64,000 nucleotides of DNA from Macrostomum lignano (taxonomy: Eukaryota). Below the pieces are notes generated by a model. It did not search any database. It saw only the letters and a list, made by a program, of their open reading frames with translations, and was not told the origin of the DNA. The DNA lies in assembly GCA_002269645.1 (NCBI GenBank), contig NIVC01000934.1, positions 210,166 through 274,165 of the forward strand, written 5' to 3'. Both the position numbers and the translations under genes were made by a program. Below, one piece after another: positions 10,180-21,800 of this stretch (the stretch's first letter is position 1; every line of letters starts with the position of its first letter).

Positions 10180-12956
10180 ATGGAGGCCAACTTAATAGCG
10201 GCTCTGGAGACCGGAGACAGCGAGCGACTGTTGTTCCTGTGCTGCGAAGTCGGCTCCAACATCACCCTAACTGTTGGCGGATATCGTGAAGGCAGAGTGG
10301 AGCAGACCCTGGTGCACCACATCGCATGCAGGACCAACAGTCCGCACTGCCTGGAGATCCTGATCCACCGGTTCGGACCGAGTTGCCTCACCTGCAGGAA
10401 CCAGTACAACCAGATGCCCGTGCACCTGGTCGCGCTGGTCCAGGATGAGACCTGGCTGCCCATGATTCTCACTGCTGCCGGCAGAGACTGCTTCAACCAG
10501 CCCGGCCAGTTCGGCCGGACAGCTGTGCACGCGGCCGCCTCGAACGTACGGACGGGTGCGGTCTTTGACTGGCTGATCAGAACGTGCGGGCGCGACTGTC
10601 TCGCCGTTCAGGACGACTACGAAGACACTCCCGTGCACCAGGCCGCCATGAAGAGGGACTACCGGTCCATGGAGCTCATCAAGTCGCTGATCGGTCCTTC
10701 TGTCTTCTATTTCCAAGGTCGATGCCAGCGAACTGCCATCCACTGCGCCGCCATGAACAAACAGGACAACTCGAGTCTTAAGTGGCTGGTCGGTGAATGC
10801 GGCAGCGGCTGCCTGACTCTGAAGGACGGCCAGGGCAGCACGCCGCTTCACCTGGCTGCGCTCTACCAGAGGGCGGACTCGCTGCAGTTCCTCGCTGACC
10901 AGGTCGGCACGGAGGCTTTCTCAGCCAAGAACAACAGCGGGTGGACGGTGGTGCACCTGGCTGCGCAGAATACAGTGAGCGACTCCGCTCTCGCCTGGTG
11001 CATCAGCAACTTGGGCCCGCACTGCCTGGTCGCCAGCGACTCACGTGGCCGAACACTAGCTCACCTGGCCGCTCAACACCAAAGTGTGGAATCGTTGAAT
11101 CGCATTAAGGACTCGCTTGGCCCATCGGCTTTTCAGCTTCCTGACAGCGAGGGAAACTCGGCGTCCAACTACGCTAGAAGGAACAGCAGGAGTAGCCAGG
11201 TGCTCAGCTGGATGACGCAGACGCAGAATCAATTTCCAGCGCAGGAACCGTCGCTGGGATTGGATTCGAAGCTGCCAATCAGCACGTACTCCGATTCCGC
11301 CTCCCCCATGCAGAGCGGATTGGATTCGAAGCTGCCAATCAGCACGTACTCCGATTCCGCCTCCCCCATGCAGAGCGCGGCCAGCGTTGTTCAAGTGAGT
11401 AAAAATCGACGCGATGACAGCTCAGGTACAGCCGTCTCGCCGGTTTCTGGAGCTTCAGCAGCTTCTACCTCACAACCGGGACGAAGAAGCTCTCAGATGG
11501 AGCTTTCGGCCACGCGTTCGGGACGCCAAGGCTCGGAGCAGCCACCTTCGTTCTCAAATAGAACGTCATCAGAGTATTCGTACGTCTGAGAACAAATTTG
11601 AACATGCTTCAATTTTAACCATTCTACGAGCGTACGTTACTTCCAAACTAAAAAACATCAACTTTCGCTATTTTAGGTGCCCACCGGAACTGGATCCAAG
11701 CTTTGCTAGCTGGAAATTTATTCTAGACTGTGGCAAGAAGCACCCAATCGGAAGGGGCGGCTTCGGCAAGGTGTACAAGGTGCTGACTGACAAGCTTCAG
11801 ACGGTGGCCGTCAAGATTGTCAAGCTCAATGACACCAAGAACCCCACAAAGCTTGCAAAGGCAATTGAACGCGAGAGGCTGGGCATTGAGATTCTGAAAG
11901 GCATTCGACACCTGAACATAATGCAATTTCTCAAGTATGAGCGCTCCAGCACCGGCCAGTTCTGCATCTTCACCGAGCTGATTGCCGGCCACAGCCTCCT
12001 GGACTTGATGAACCTCCAGGGCAGGCCTTTCGATGAAGAGGCAGTAAAGAAGATCTCGGTGCAGGTAAATCCCATGTTTGATTCAGATTATGTTTTATTA
12101 GAGGCTGTGTGCACCCTGGTGCACTTTAAGCGACATTGTCACAACCGGCGAGAGGCATTACTGCTCATTCCACCGACTCCCCTGAGCAGGCACACAGGCG
12201 CAAGGATATGTACGCAGTCATACGCACAGGCACACACTCACACAGGAGTGTACAGCGGCCCTAACTTTAGGCATGTACACTTCACTGTGCCTTGGGGGTT
12301 GGCCTTCAGGGACGTTGATTGCACGAGCAGAGCCAAGCGAAGATTCCAATTTAGCATAAAATTAATGTGACTGCGCTTGGAATCGAGCCTGGGCCGCTGG
12401 CACATCAGAGTGCCACGCTAGACCACTAGGCCGCGGACCCCTCAGAACTCAGGTCAGAACTTCAAATATCTGGGCGGAATTCCAGGTGTGCACCGCTCTC
12501 AACTTCCTGCACAATTGGACAAGGCCAGTCGTTCATCGGGACATCAAGTGTTCGAACATAATGCTCACTCACGAAGGCGTTGTCAAACTCATCGACTTCG
12601 GCCTGGCAAAGCAGATCGTCTCAACATTCATGGAGGTGAGCACCGATCACCTGGGAGGCACCTGGTACTACATGGCTCCCGAGCTGTTCAGGGACGACGG
12701 CCGAATCACCTACTCGCCAAAGACTGACGTCTGGGCGTTCGGCTGCGCAGTGTTCGAGATGCTGGAGATGAAGCCGCCAAACGGAGAAGTGTGCGTGCAC
12801 CTCATTCCAGTTCGAATTTGTCATAGAGAGATGCCGGAGCTCCCGGCTCGAACCTCCAGCAGTCTGAAGGACTTCTACCGCCGGTGCGTGGAGCGAGACG
12901 CCGCAATGAGAGCGGACACGGCAGATCTGCTGCGTCACGGCTTCCTGGCAGACTGA
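10180..12956 (+). CDS. Ankyrin-repeat + Ser/Thr kinase (STE/MAP3K-like domain); exons 10180-11579, 11677-12064, 12486-12956; 752 aa
   Basis: N-terminal ankyrin repeats (TAVHAAA, TPVHQAA, TPLHLAA, TVVHLAA). Kinase motifs GRGGFG, VAVK, HRDIKCSN, DFG, APE and DVWAFG are intact. GT-AG introns keep frame (2259 nt). Confidence 0.9.
12170..12440 (-). mobile_element. tRNA-derived SINE-like element in kinase intron 2
   Basis: Minus strand reads GGCCTAGTGGTCTAGCG (A box) ... GGCTCGATTCC (B box). The body (gtgtacagcggccct..ggcatgtacac..gccttgggg..ggccttca) recurs inverted at 55140-55320. Confidence 0.6.
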
Positions 12957-14410
12957 TTGCAGTTGGGACCTGCCGTACATCACTGAGTTTAATCAGACAA
13001 TAATTTCAGCTTTACAAGCTATTTCTTTCACTTACTGCACTTAAACAATATTTATTCAGGAATAGGTGGAGCCCGGCTTCATTTGCTAAGCACAGTTGCT
13101 TCAGTGTGACAAAAAAAATTGTCTCGCATTGCTTTACCCAAGTCTGAACTCTCTGTTGTATTGCACATAAATACAATAATGCTATAATTGCTAAATACGT
13201 TCGGAAATAAAATTACAGGGTCGGTAAACTCAGCCCGCGGGACACATAACGGGTCGTGAAGCCTCCCTATCCGGCTCTTGGGTCCTTTGAAACTCCACAA
13301 TAGCAATCCATCTGCTCTCAGATAGGTGGCACTTCTCGTACTTCTGGTGCTCCCGGTACTCATGTTAAAGCGGCATTTTATAGCTCAAAAGATACCAACG
13401 CAAAATTTCGCACACACAGAGCCCTTGGTTGTGAGTGTTTTTGTTTCGTTTAAAAGTTTATTTGATTAATTTGTTGCATTTTGCATTGTGCATAAATAGT
13501 GATGATCTACGCTCGTATATTGTTTTTTAGCAACTTTACTTAAGGGAAAACTGTTGGTTGTCACGACTAGTCAATAACATTCGGGGATTTCGAATTTGGG
13601 TTGGGATCTCCCCCGAGCACTGCTACTCGTATAGGACAGGTAAAAGTGGACAACTGATAAATTTAGGGTTTGCATGAAGTGGTGTTTAACAAAACACTGA
13701 CATTCACTGAGATTTAAAAGCTATGTTTGAGATGGTGAAAGCCGTTGCAGATGGGGTTTTTACCGCTTCTAATACCTAAAATGCTTACTATCTATAAATA
13801 AAACTATGGAATTACCGTTGGTACAGTGTGCCCCTGGTAGCTCCAGTGCCCGAGCTGCAAGACACTGTTGGCTACTGATTCTAAGCCCAAAACGTCATTA
13901 TTAATGATCGAGAGAGGAATCCTGGATTCCTTCACGGATTTACTGTCTATCACGACTCACTGACGCATCACGTTTATATGTCTAGGCATCACATCTTAAT
14001 TTCCCCTGGGACTTCCCCCCTTTTTCTTTGGTCTCGACTGTTTGGGGACTGGCACTTGGCAATTTGCCCTTCCGCTTCCCACTGCAACACGCTTCATTCA
14101 GTCAAACACTGTTGAGACTGCTCCTCGACAAATGACTAAGAGAAAGCAAGGCTAAGAATTGATTAAAACGAGAACAAAAGAAAAGCAGGTTAACATTTTT
14201 TGGTCCTCGCGCTCCACTGCCGGTATACTCATACCATTTTAAATGTATTTCCACTGGTTCGCGTTTAGTGCAATAACGTATGACATATTAAAAAAAAATT
14301 TACAGCATAACAAAGTGAGAAGTTTTTGGCCGGAATTAATTAGCAGAATATCAGTATTTTTGTCAGCCAGGTATATAAACTTTGCTAAAAGTTCAGAGAT
14401 CTGCCACACC

Positions 14411-15544
14411 TCAGATGCTAAGCAGAAAAGCCAACAGAGCGCACAGAAAGTCGATCATAGACAGAAGGATGAGACAGAAGTGCAGGACTCGCCCCGGCCT
14501 CGACAGCAGGACATTGTCACCAGGATTCCCTATGAAATCCCGCACCACTCCAGCGGTGCTGAAGCCACGGAGGTCGCTGCAGCAGCCACAGAAGGAGAAC
14601 GGAACGCGGAACAGAAAGGCGAATATGGCGAGCAAAAGTGCGCAGGCGGATGGAAGCAGCAGCTTGATGAGGCTTCCTAGCGGAAGAAATTTCCTGAAGG
14701 CGTAGATATACCGAGCTCTGAGAGCGTTCAGTGGGATATTGTGCAGCAGCGAGATGAGCAGGCTGAGCAGCAGGGCGCTGCGACCGGCCCAGATTCCCTT
14801 ACTGTTGATCGGAGGGTCGCTTTTGCTGGGGCCGGCCTGGGCTCCCCCGCCGTAGGTCGCAGGGTCACTTTTGCTGGGGCTGGCCTGGGCTCCCCCGCCG
14901 TCGGTCGCAGGGTCGCTTTTGCTGGGGCCGGCCTGGGCTCCCCCGCCGTCGGTCGCAGGGTCGCTTTTGCTGGGGCCGGCCTGGGCTCCCCCGCCGTCGG
15001 TCACAGGGTCGCTTTTGCTGGGGCCGGCCTGGGCTCCCCCGCCGTCGGTCGCAGGGTCGCTTTTGCTGGGGCCGGCCTGGGCTCCCCCGCCGTCGGTCGC
15101 AGGGTCGCTTTCGTCTGAAAATTTAATGCTTCAGAGTAGTAAAAGAATTTAGTGTAACAAAGCTTTAATTAAAGGCAGCTAACCTTCCTCGCGAACGGTA
15201 GTCACACAGCAGCAGGAGGTGCTGAATACAATCAGTACGCCTAGGAGCAGAATGCCAGCAATCACTACAAACAGAATGTACAGGGGCAACAGATAAATGA
15301 TATGAGCGGTGCAGTCTACGCCAGTGCAGGAGCAGTAAGACGTCAGCTGCTCAGGACACGTTACGTTAAAGGTCAACGTCTGTAGCTCTGAGGCAGCAGT
15401 GCAATCTAGCACGACCTGCAACAGGTACAAAATCATGACACCTGGAAGGATCAGCCAGCTGCCCAATCGTTTTTGAAAGGATTCAGCGTTGCGGCCTTCA
15501 ATGGCAGCATCGATTGCTTCAGGTATTTTGGCTGCCACTTCCAT
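14411..15544 (-). CDS. Unknown ~5-TM membrane protein, copy 3 (exons 15544-15184, 15114-14411; 354 aa) with a 16-aa repeat in the loop
   Basis: 69-nt GT-AG intron at the same position as in the paralogs; 1065 nt in frame; six 48-bp units encoding ATDGGGAQAGPSKSDP. Confidence 0.75.
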
Positions 15545-16092
15545 GATTAATTGAATTTCTATTGCAGAGATACCTGAACTGTAGTTAAATAAATTCACTG
15601 ACGAGTTTTCAGTCAGTTCCCAGATAGTCCAACCCGTTCCCTTTATAGATATCAGAGCTTGGGGGTGGTGCATGCAAGTCGATACAGGTATTTTTAGGCG
15701 TTACGTTTTGTTGGCTGGCAAACACGGAACTTCGTGTGCATCACTTTCGCGAAATCTCAGAAAGAACTCTCTGTTGCATTGTACATAAAAACAATAAAGG
15801 AAAAAAGCGCTATAGCGGTTCAGAACAAAATAAGCGGACTTGACTGCTCTTTTGGAAGCATTTGCTACTGTGTACGGCTCTCGGACTGCTCAGTGCGAGC
15901 TCAATATAGATGCTGAGCTGTGATGTGCATGCAAGCAAGCTGTGCGCGTGTCGAGATTTCTGTAATAACCTAACTTTTTACCTCGATGTGGGACTAAAAT
16001 TGCTTGCACAGAGAAGCTACCTGAAAGGCCATTTTACCATTAAGCAACAGTTTTGAAGGCCCAGTAGTTTAGCTCACCTGGCCTTCAGTTCG

Positions 16093-16740
16093 ACGCTTAG
16101 CGCTCCTGACACTTGGGGGCTCCTGACACTTGGGGGCTCCTGACACCTGGGGGCTCCTGACATCTGGGGGCTCCTGACACCTGGGGGCTCCTGACATCTG
16201 GGGGCTCCTGACACCTGGGGGCTCCTGACATCTGGGGGCTCCTGACACCTGGGGGCTCCTGACATCAGGGGGCTCCTGACACCTGGGGGCTCCTGACACC
16301 TGGGGGCTCCTGACACCTGGGGGCTCCTGACACCTGGGGCTCCTGACACCTGGGGGCTCCTGACATCTGGGGCTCCTGACACCTGGGGGCTCCTGACATC
16401 TGGGGGCTCCTGACACCTGGGGGCTCCTGACATCTGGGGGCTCCTGACACCTGGGGGCTCCTGACATCAGGGGGCTCCTGACACCTGGGGGCTCCTGACA
16501 CCTGGGGGCTCCTGACACCTGGGGGCTCCTGACATCTGGGGGCTCCTGACACCTGGGGGCTCCTGACATCTGGGGGCTCCTGACATCTGGGGGCTCCTGA
16601 CACCTGGGGGCTCCTGACATCAGGGGGCTCCTGACACCTGGGGCTCCTGACACCTGGGGCTCCTGACACCTGGGGGCTCCTGACACTTGGGGGCTCCTGA
16701 CACTTGGGGGCTCCTGACATCTGGGGGCTTCTGACACCTA
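16093..16740. repeat. 17-18-bp minisatellite (gctcctgacacctggggg)
   Basis: Directly visible. Confidence 0.95.
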
Positions 16741-17129
16741 GAAGATTTCTGACATCCAAACTGTGGCATCTCGCAAATTTAGTCAGCCCAAAAATAATAA
16801 AATAATTTAGAAAAAAACTGTTTGCCAGGCCGTGACAAAATTATTTTAGTTAGTCATCAAACTAGTTCTATATGGTACGCTCATTAAAAATAGTTCGTTC
16901 AAGAAGATAAAATATTTCTGGAAAGATACTCATAGGGTTGCAAAAAACAGGAAAAATGCTATTAAACCTGTTGACATCTTACAGAGTGCTGTTTCATGCT
17001 CTTGCAATAGGGACACTCGGACACAGAAATTGTTTTCTGATGTATCAAACTGCCGCAGATGCCACTGTAATGGTAAAGCCTGCAGCGGTGGAAGCTGACC
17101 AGTTGTGTGGTGTAGCATTGGGCTGAGCT

Positions 17130-17550
17130 AGGAGAGGAGAGGAGAGGAGAGGAGAGGAGAGGAGAGGAGAGGAGAGGAGAGGAGAGGAGAGGAGAGGAGA
17201 GGAGAGGAGAGGAGAGGAGAGGAGAGGAGAGGAGAGGAGAGGAGAGGAGAGGAGAGGAGAGGAGAGTAGAGGAGAGGAGAGGATGAGAGGAGAGGAGAGG
17301 AGAGGAGAGGAGAGAGAGGAGAGGAGAGGAGAGGAGAGGAGAGGAGAGGAGAGGAGAGGAGAGGAGAGGAGAGGAGAGGAGAGGAGAGGAGAGGAGAGGA
17401 GAGGAGGAGAGTAGAGGAGAGGAGAGGAGATGAGAGGAGAGGAGAGGAGAGGAGAGGAGAGGAGAGGAGAGGAGAGGAGAGGAGAGGAGAGGAGAGGAGA
17501 GGAGAGGAGAGGAGAGGAGAGGAGAGGAGAGGAGAGGATAGGAGAGGAGA
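17130..17550. repeat. (GGAGA)n microsatellite
   Basis: Directly visible. Confidence 0.95.
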
Positions 17551-17702
17551 AAGACAGGTGCAAAAGGACGAGAAATCAAGAAAATGAAATACCATGAGTT
17601 AAGCAGTTTGTCGTTTATAGCAGTTAATTTTGCCAGTCATATTCTAAGTCAATAACAAGCATCCTATACAGCACTGTTCAATAAGAAATCAACACTGAGT
17701 TC

Positions 17703-18858
17703 TCATAGAAGCAGGGCCAAAAAAGCGACAACAATTTCAACCAGCATCAGCACGAACAGGAAGTAGTGTACAACCAGCCACGGTTTTTTCCTGTCTGCAC
17801 TGCTCGCTGCGACCGACGCCACTGAAATGCTGCTCCAATCCCAGCGGTCGCAGCTGCCACAGAAGGAGAGCGGAATCCGGAATATGAAGGAGAAGCAGGC
17901 GAACAGGATGCTGCTCACCGATGGCAGCACCAGCTTCGCCAGGCTGCCCTGCGGCAGGTGCCTTCTGAATGTGCCGAGATACTCAGCTCGGATTGAGTTC
18001 AGCGGGATGATATGCAGCAGCGAGATGAGCATACTGAGCAGCAGGGCTGCGCGGTTCAGCCTCATCCATTTGACTCTCGCGTAGCCAGGAATCTCTGGAT
18101 GGGGGAATGGTTATGTATGGAATGCGTTTAGAGGGCGCTGTGATCCTTTATCAGCTGCTGACTCTGGACTCAGTGACTTTTTGGTTTAGCAGCGGGATAG
18201 AGCTCAGTTTGAGCTTAGTAGGGAAGGTAGATACGAGATCCCACCTTGGGTGGCAGCGGGATAGAGCTCAGTTTGAGTAATAGGGAAGGCAGATACGAGA
18301 TCTCACCTTGGGTGGCAGCTTCCGTGTTCGATCCCGTCCAATTTGGATTAATGTCTGAAATTGATGAATTTTTTCTCTATCAATGATGCCATGCTTAGAG
18401 GGTTTAAGGATGCTGGCAATGATGCTCGTGAGCTCGTAATTGAATTCATGGAGACATTGTCTGCCTCAGTTGAAAGTTGGCTCACCTCGATACTCGGAGC
18501 TGCAGCAGGATATAATAAAGATGACAAGCAAACAGAACAGGACCAGGGAGGACATCACCAGGAAGAAGACATAGATCGGGCGCAGGTGGTTGATGCTGGC
18601 AATGCATTTTCCGTTCTCGCAGCTGCAATATCGCAAAAGGTCTTCGGGACAGGTGGTCGAATTGAATGGAAGAATTTCTGTGTAGCAAATGCAGTCTAGC
18701 ACGAACTGCAACATGTAGATGATGACAATGCCGGGCAGGAAGAACCACTTGAATAAGCAGTTGCACCGCGTTTGGCAGTCGGAGTCGGGCTCCCTCGAAT
18801 TGCGATGCTCCTCAGTGGCAGTTTCTATGGCCGTGGGAATCTTCACTACAATCTCCAT
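17703..18858 (-). CDS. Unknown ~5-TM membrane protein, copy 4, diverged (exons 18858-18486, possibly 18354-18307, 18094-17703)
   Basis: Conserved motifs LDC..NSTTCPE..YCSC..C, ALLLSMLISLLHIIPLN and RIPLSFCG. Donor CGAG|gtgagc and acceptor catccag|AG keep frame. Confidence 0.7.
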
Positions 18859-21800
18859 GTCAGTTTCTAATTGCACCTGTGCTTAACTCAGTTATCGAGT
18901 CAATATTTCTCTGTGCTGCCTTTATAAACTGTAGACAGCAAGAGCACAATGCTATTGAATTATTTTTAAAACTGACTAGCAGTCTACAACCTTGATATAA
19001 AGTGACAATGTGTTTCCTTGAGGCATTGCAAATTCTATTGAAGTTTTTCCATTCTTGTGGTGTGACATCAAGGACGGAAAAAATTAGTTGTCCGCTTACT
19101 GACGAAATTTTTAGCGAATTCGTTGCGCACTTTGTGGAGGAGTGGCAGAGAAGATTCCTTGCTAAGGGGTGACAGAAATTTGAGCTTTGCTGAGTACGCC
19201 GCTCAGTGGTCATTGGGAAACCCCAATAATAAAGCATACTCTCCGAACTTTTCATATGACATATACCCCTGATAAATTAAATCGCAGGAGGCGACATCGT
19301 CCGACAACCAGAGCTGATGCAATTTTGCCTATTCCGCCGACTCCGGAGCGACATACGGACTCGCGGATATTGTACGCAGACACGCACTCATACATGTACA
19401 TACGCTTCACGAACCGCTAGTATGGAGTAGTCCATTCAGTTTTCTTAGTTAATTTCATGCAAGCAGAGCTGTGCTGTGATGTACGCTCGTTTAATTGCTA
19501 GCCAGGGCGAGAATGGCAAAGACTATTGAACTGTACAGTAAATGCAAGTGCAGAAGACAGAGACAGAAGTTTTAGTGTGGCAGCTGAGAAAAGAACAATA
19601 ATGTTGAAAATAGCACAATGCAATCATGAGGTTTGGCTGCATTGCTTGTTTTGTCGCATCTTTCGATGCAGGCTGCAGCAGGCATACGAGCTGTACGTTC
19701 TTTATTGCTTTTAATGAATCCTCGAAAGGCTTAGAGAGAGCGAGAGACCTAGCTGCAGCTTCTCAGATCATTTGCATATTTATAAATGATAGCAGCTATG
19801 TACACTACGAGCACAATATACATGTACAAGCAAATTCCTATCGATACATATACATATGCAGTGTATACAGGAGGGATGTACGGGAAGCCTCTCTAGGTGG
19901 TGGAGAGCTCTGCGGTTTCTGAACTACTTAATACATGATGTACATGTACTTGTTTGAGCATATATTTAGTCTATTAATTTGTTAATCAGATAGATGTTAT
20001 TTGAGTAGTAGAAGTCTACCTTACTGATTTCTCTTTAAGAGTTTCTCTCGTCTCTTGGCATTTTGCCGGCCATGCTGCCCTAGTGCTGGCCAGGTTTAGT
20101 TTCATTTTTTAACAACTGTCAGTTTTTAGTGTCCATTCAATGCCATAGGACCAAATCACAAAGAAATGTTTTTGAAACGTCTTCCTTGCCTATATATATT
20201 TACGTTTAAACAGCCTGCTTCTCCCAATCAAATGCTACATTTTGTTAATATTTAACAAATGATTTCAAAAGTTCAAAAAGACTGAATAAAGAAATTAACT
20301 ACTATTAGAGTGTCCAGTAAAAGTAAGCAATCTTGCATTCTTTTCATTTAATAATAATGATACATCGGCAAATGGCTTATGCGTGACGCTTGTGGCACAT
20401 GAGATGATAATCGTTAAAATACGTAGAACGCTCTATATCAGTAAAAAACGCATCGCATACATAGAAAATATATGGGCACTGGCGGATACAAAAATTTGAA
20501 TCCAAAATCCAAAATCCAAAAAAGTAGAAAAGTAAGGGATGGAACCAACTTTTTGGGTTGGACCTAAATAAGCCCCAAAGCCCAAAATTACAATACCCCT
20601 TATATGCAAGTTCAGCCACTGCAAAAGAGGGGGCGGTGGCCACAACCTTTTCAACCTTCTGTTATGTTGAGAAATTGGCAATTGAAGAGTGAGTGCAAAA
20701 AAGAAAATTTTCAACTAGAGTCTAGCAAGAAATAATGATCAAGAAGAATATGCTGAACAAATATTTCCTAATAATATTTCCTAATTTTTCCTAATTTTTC
20801 CTAATATTATTATTTGTTTATAGTGGATTTCTAACTTCTATTATATTTCATTTTCATAGAAAATTCTTTTTTGTTCTTTAAACCATGTTTTTAGGTCTAG
20901 TTTGTTATAATGATTTTATAACAGGTAGGTAGGTGGGACCAATTTTTTTTTCTAAGTCCCAATCAATATATGCATCTGGTATACAAATTTTAGGCCTAGT
21001 GAATAAAAAATGCAAATAAATTTTAGAGTAGGCCTACACTATAGATAAATTTAACCTAAAAATTATAATGTTATTTGGCTAGCATTTTTAGATAAAATTA
21101 CAAGATAGAATTTATCCTATATGTAATCATTATTAAAAAAGTCAATAATAATAATTTATATTTCTTAAGATTATTATAATGAAAACTAATTGCTAAAAAT
21201 AAGGTAATAATTTTAATTTACTTACAAAGTCAAATTACCTTCTTTGGATAGGCCTAAATTTTGGTATATATAGGGGTCCCAATCCTGGGATCCTAGCTTT
21301 TTGTTAGTGTTCGGGATCCTGGGTTTGGGATCCCAATAAACATGGGATTGGAATTTACACTTTATAAAAGTAAATATTTTTCATCTTGCAGTTAGCACTT
21401 TACAGTTTTGAGAGAATTTTTGTATCCTGAGAATGAAGTTATAGAATGAAAGACAGTAGGACTATAAATCAACTATATCAAGCACTACTAGTCACTAGAC
21501 TAAAGGGGCTGATTCTAATCTAGACTCTAATTGTCTAAGTGGCAATGGCCTAGACACTGGGCTTACTAGCCTGGACCCTGCTGAAGTGCGCAGGCACAGT
21601 TAAGGAAAGGAAAGTGAAAAAGGAGGGTGGGGTATACTGGTATAGACTGGGTTCTGAGTCTGAGTCTTTATATATATATAAAGTGGTCTATATTAGGGGC
21701 AGAAAGAGGCATTAGTGCAGTATATATAGTGTTAATCCAAGGGAAGAGGGTGTAGTTTAGTATGTATCTACAACTAACAACTAACTTCAACTATTTTATC

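Noticed and set aside
12370-12440. Functional tRNA-Gln gene
   Set aside because: The acceptor stem is poorly paired, the anticodon loop is irregular, and it is attached to a repeat body; treated as a SINE head.
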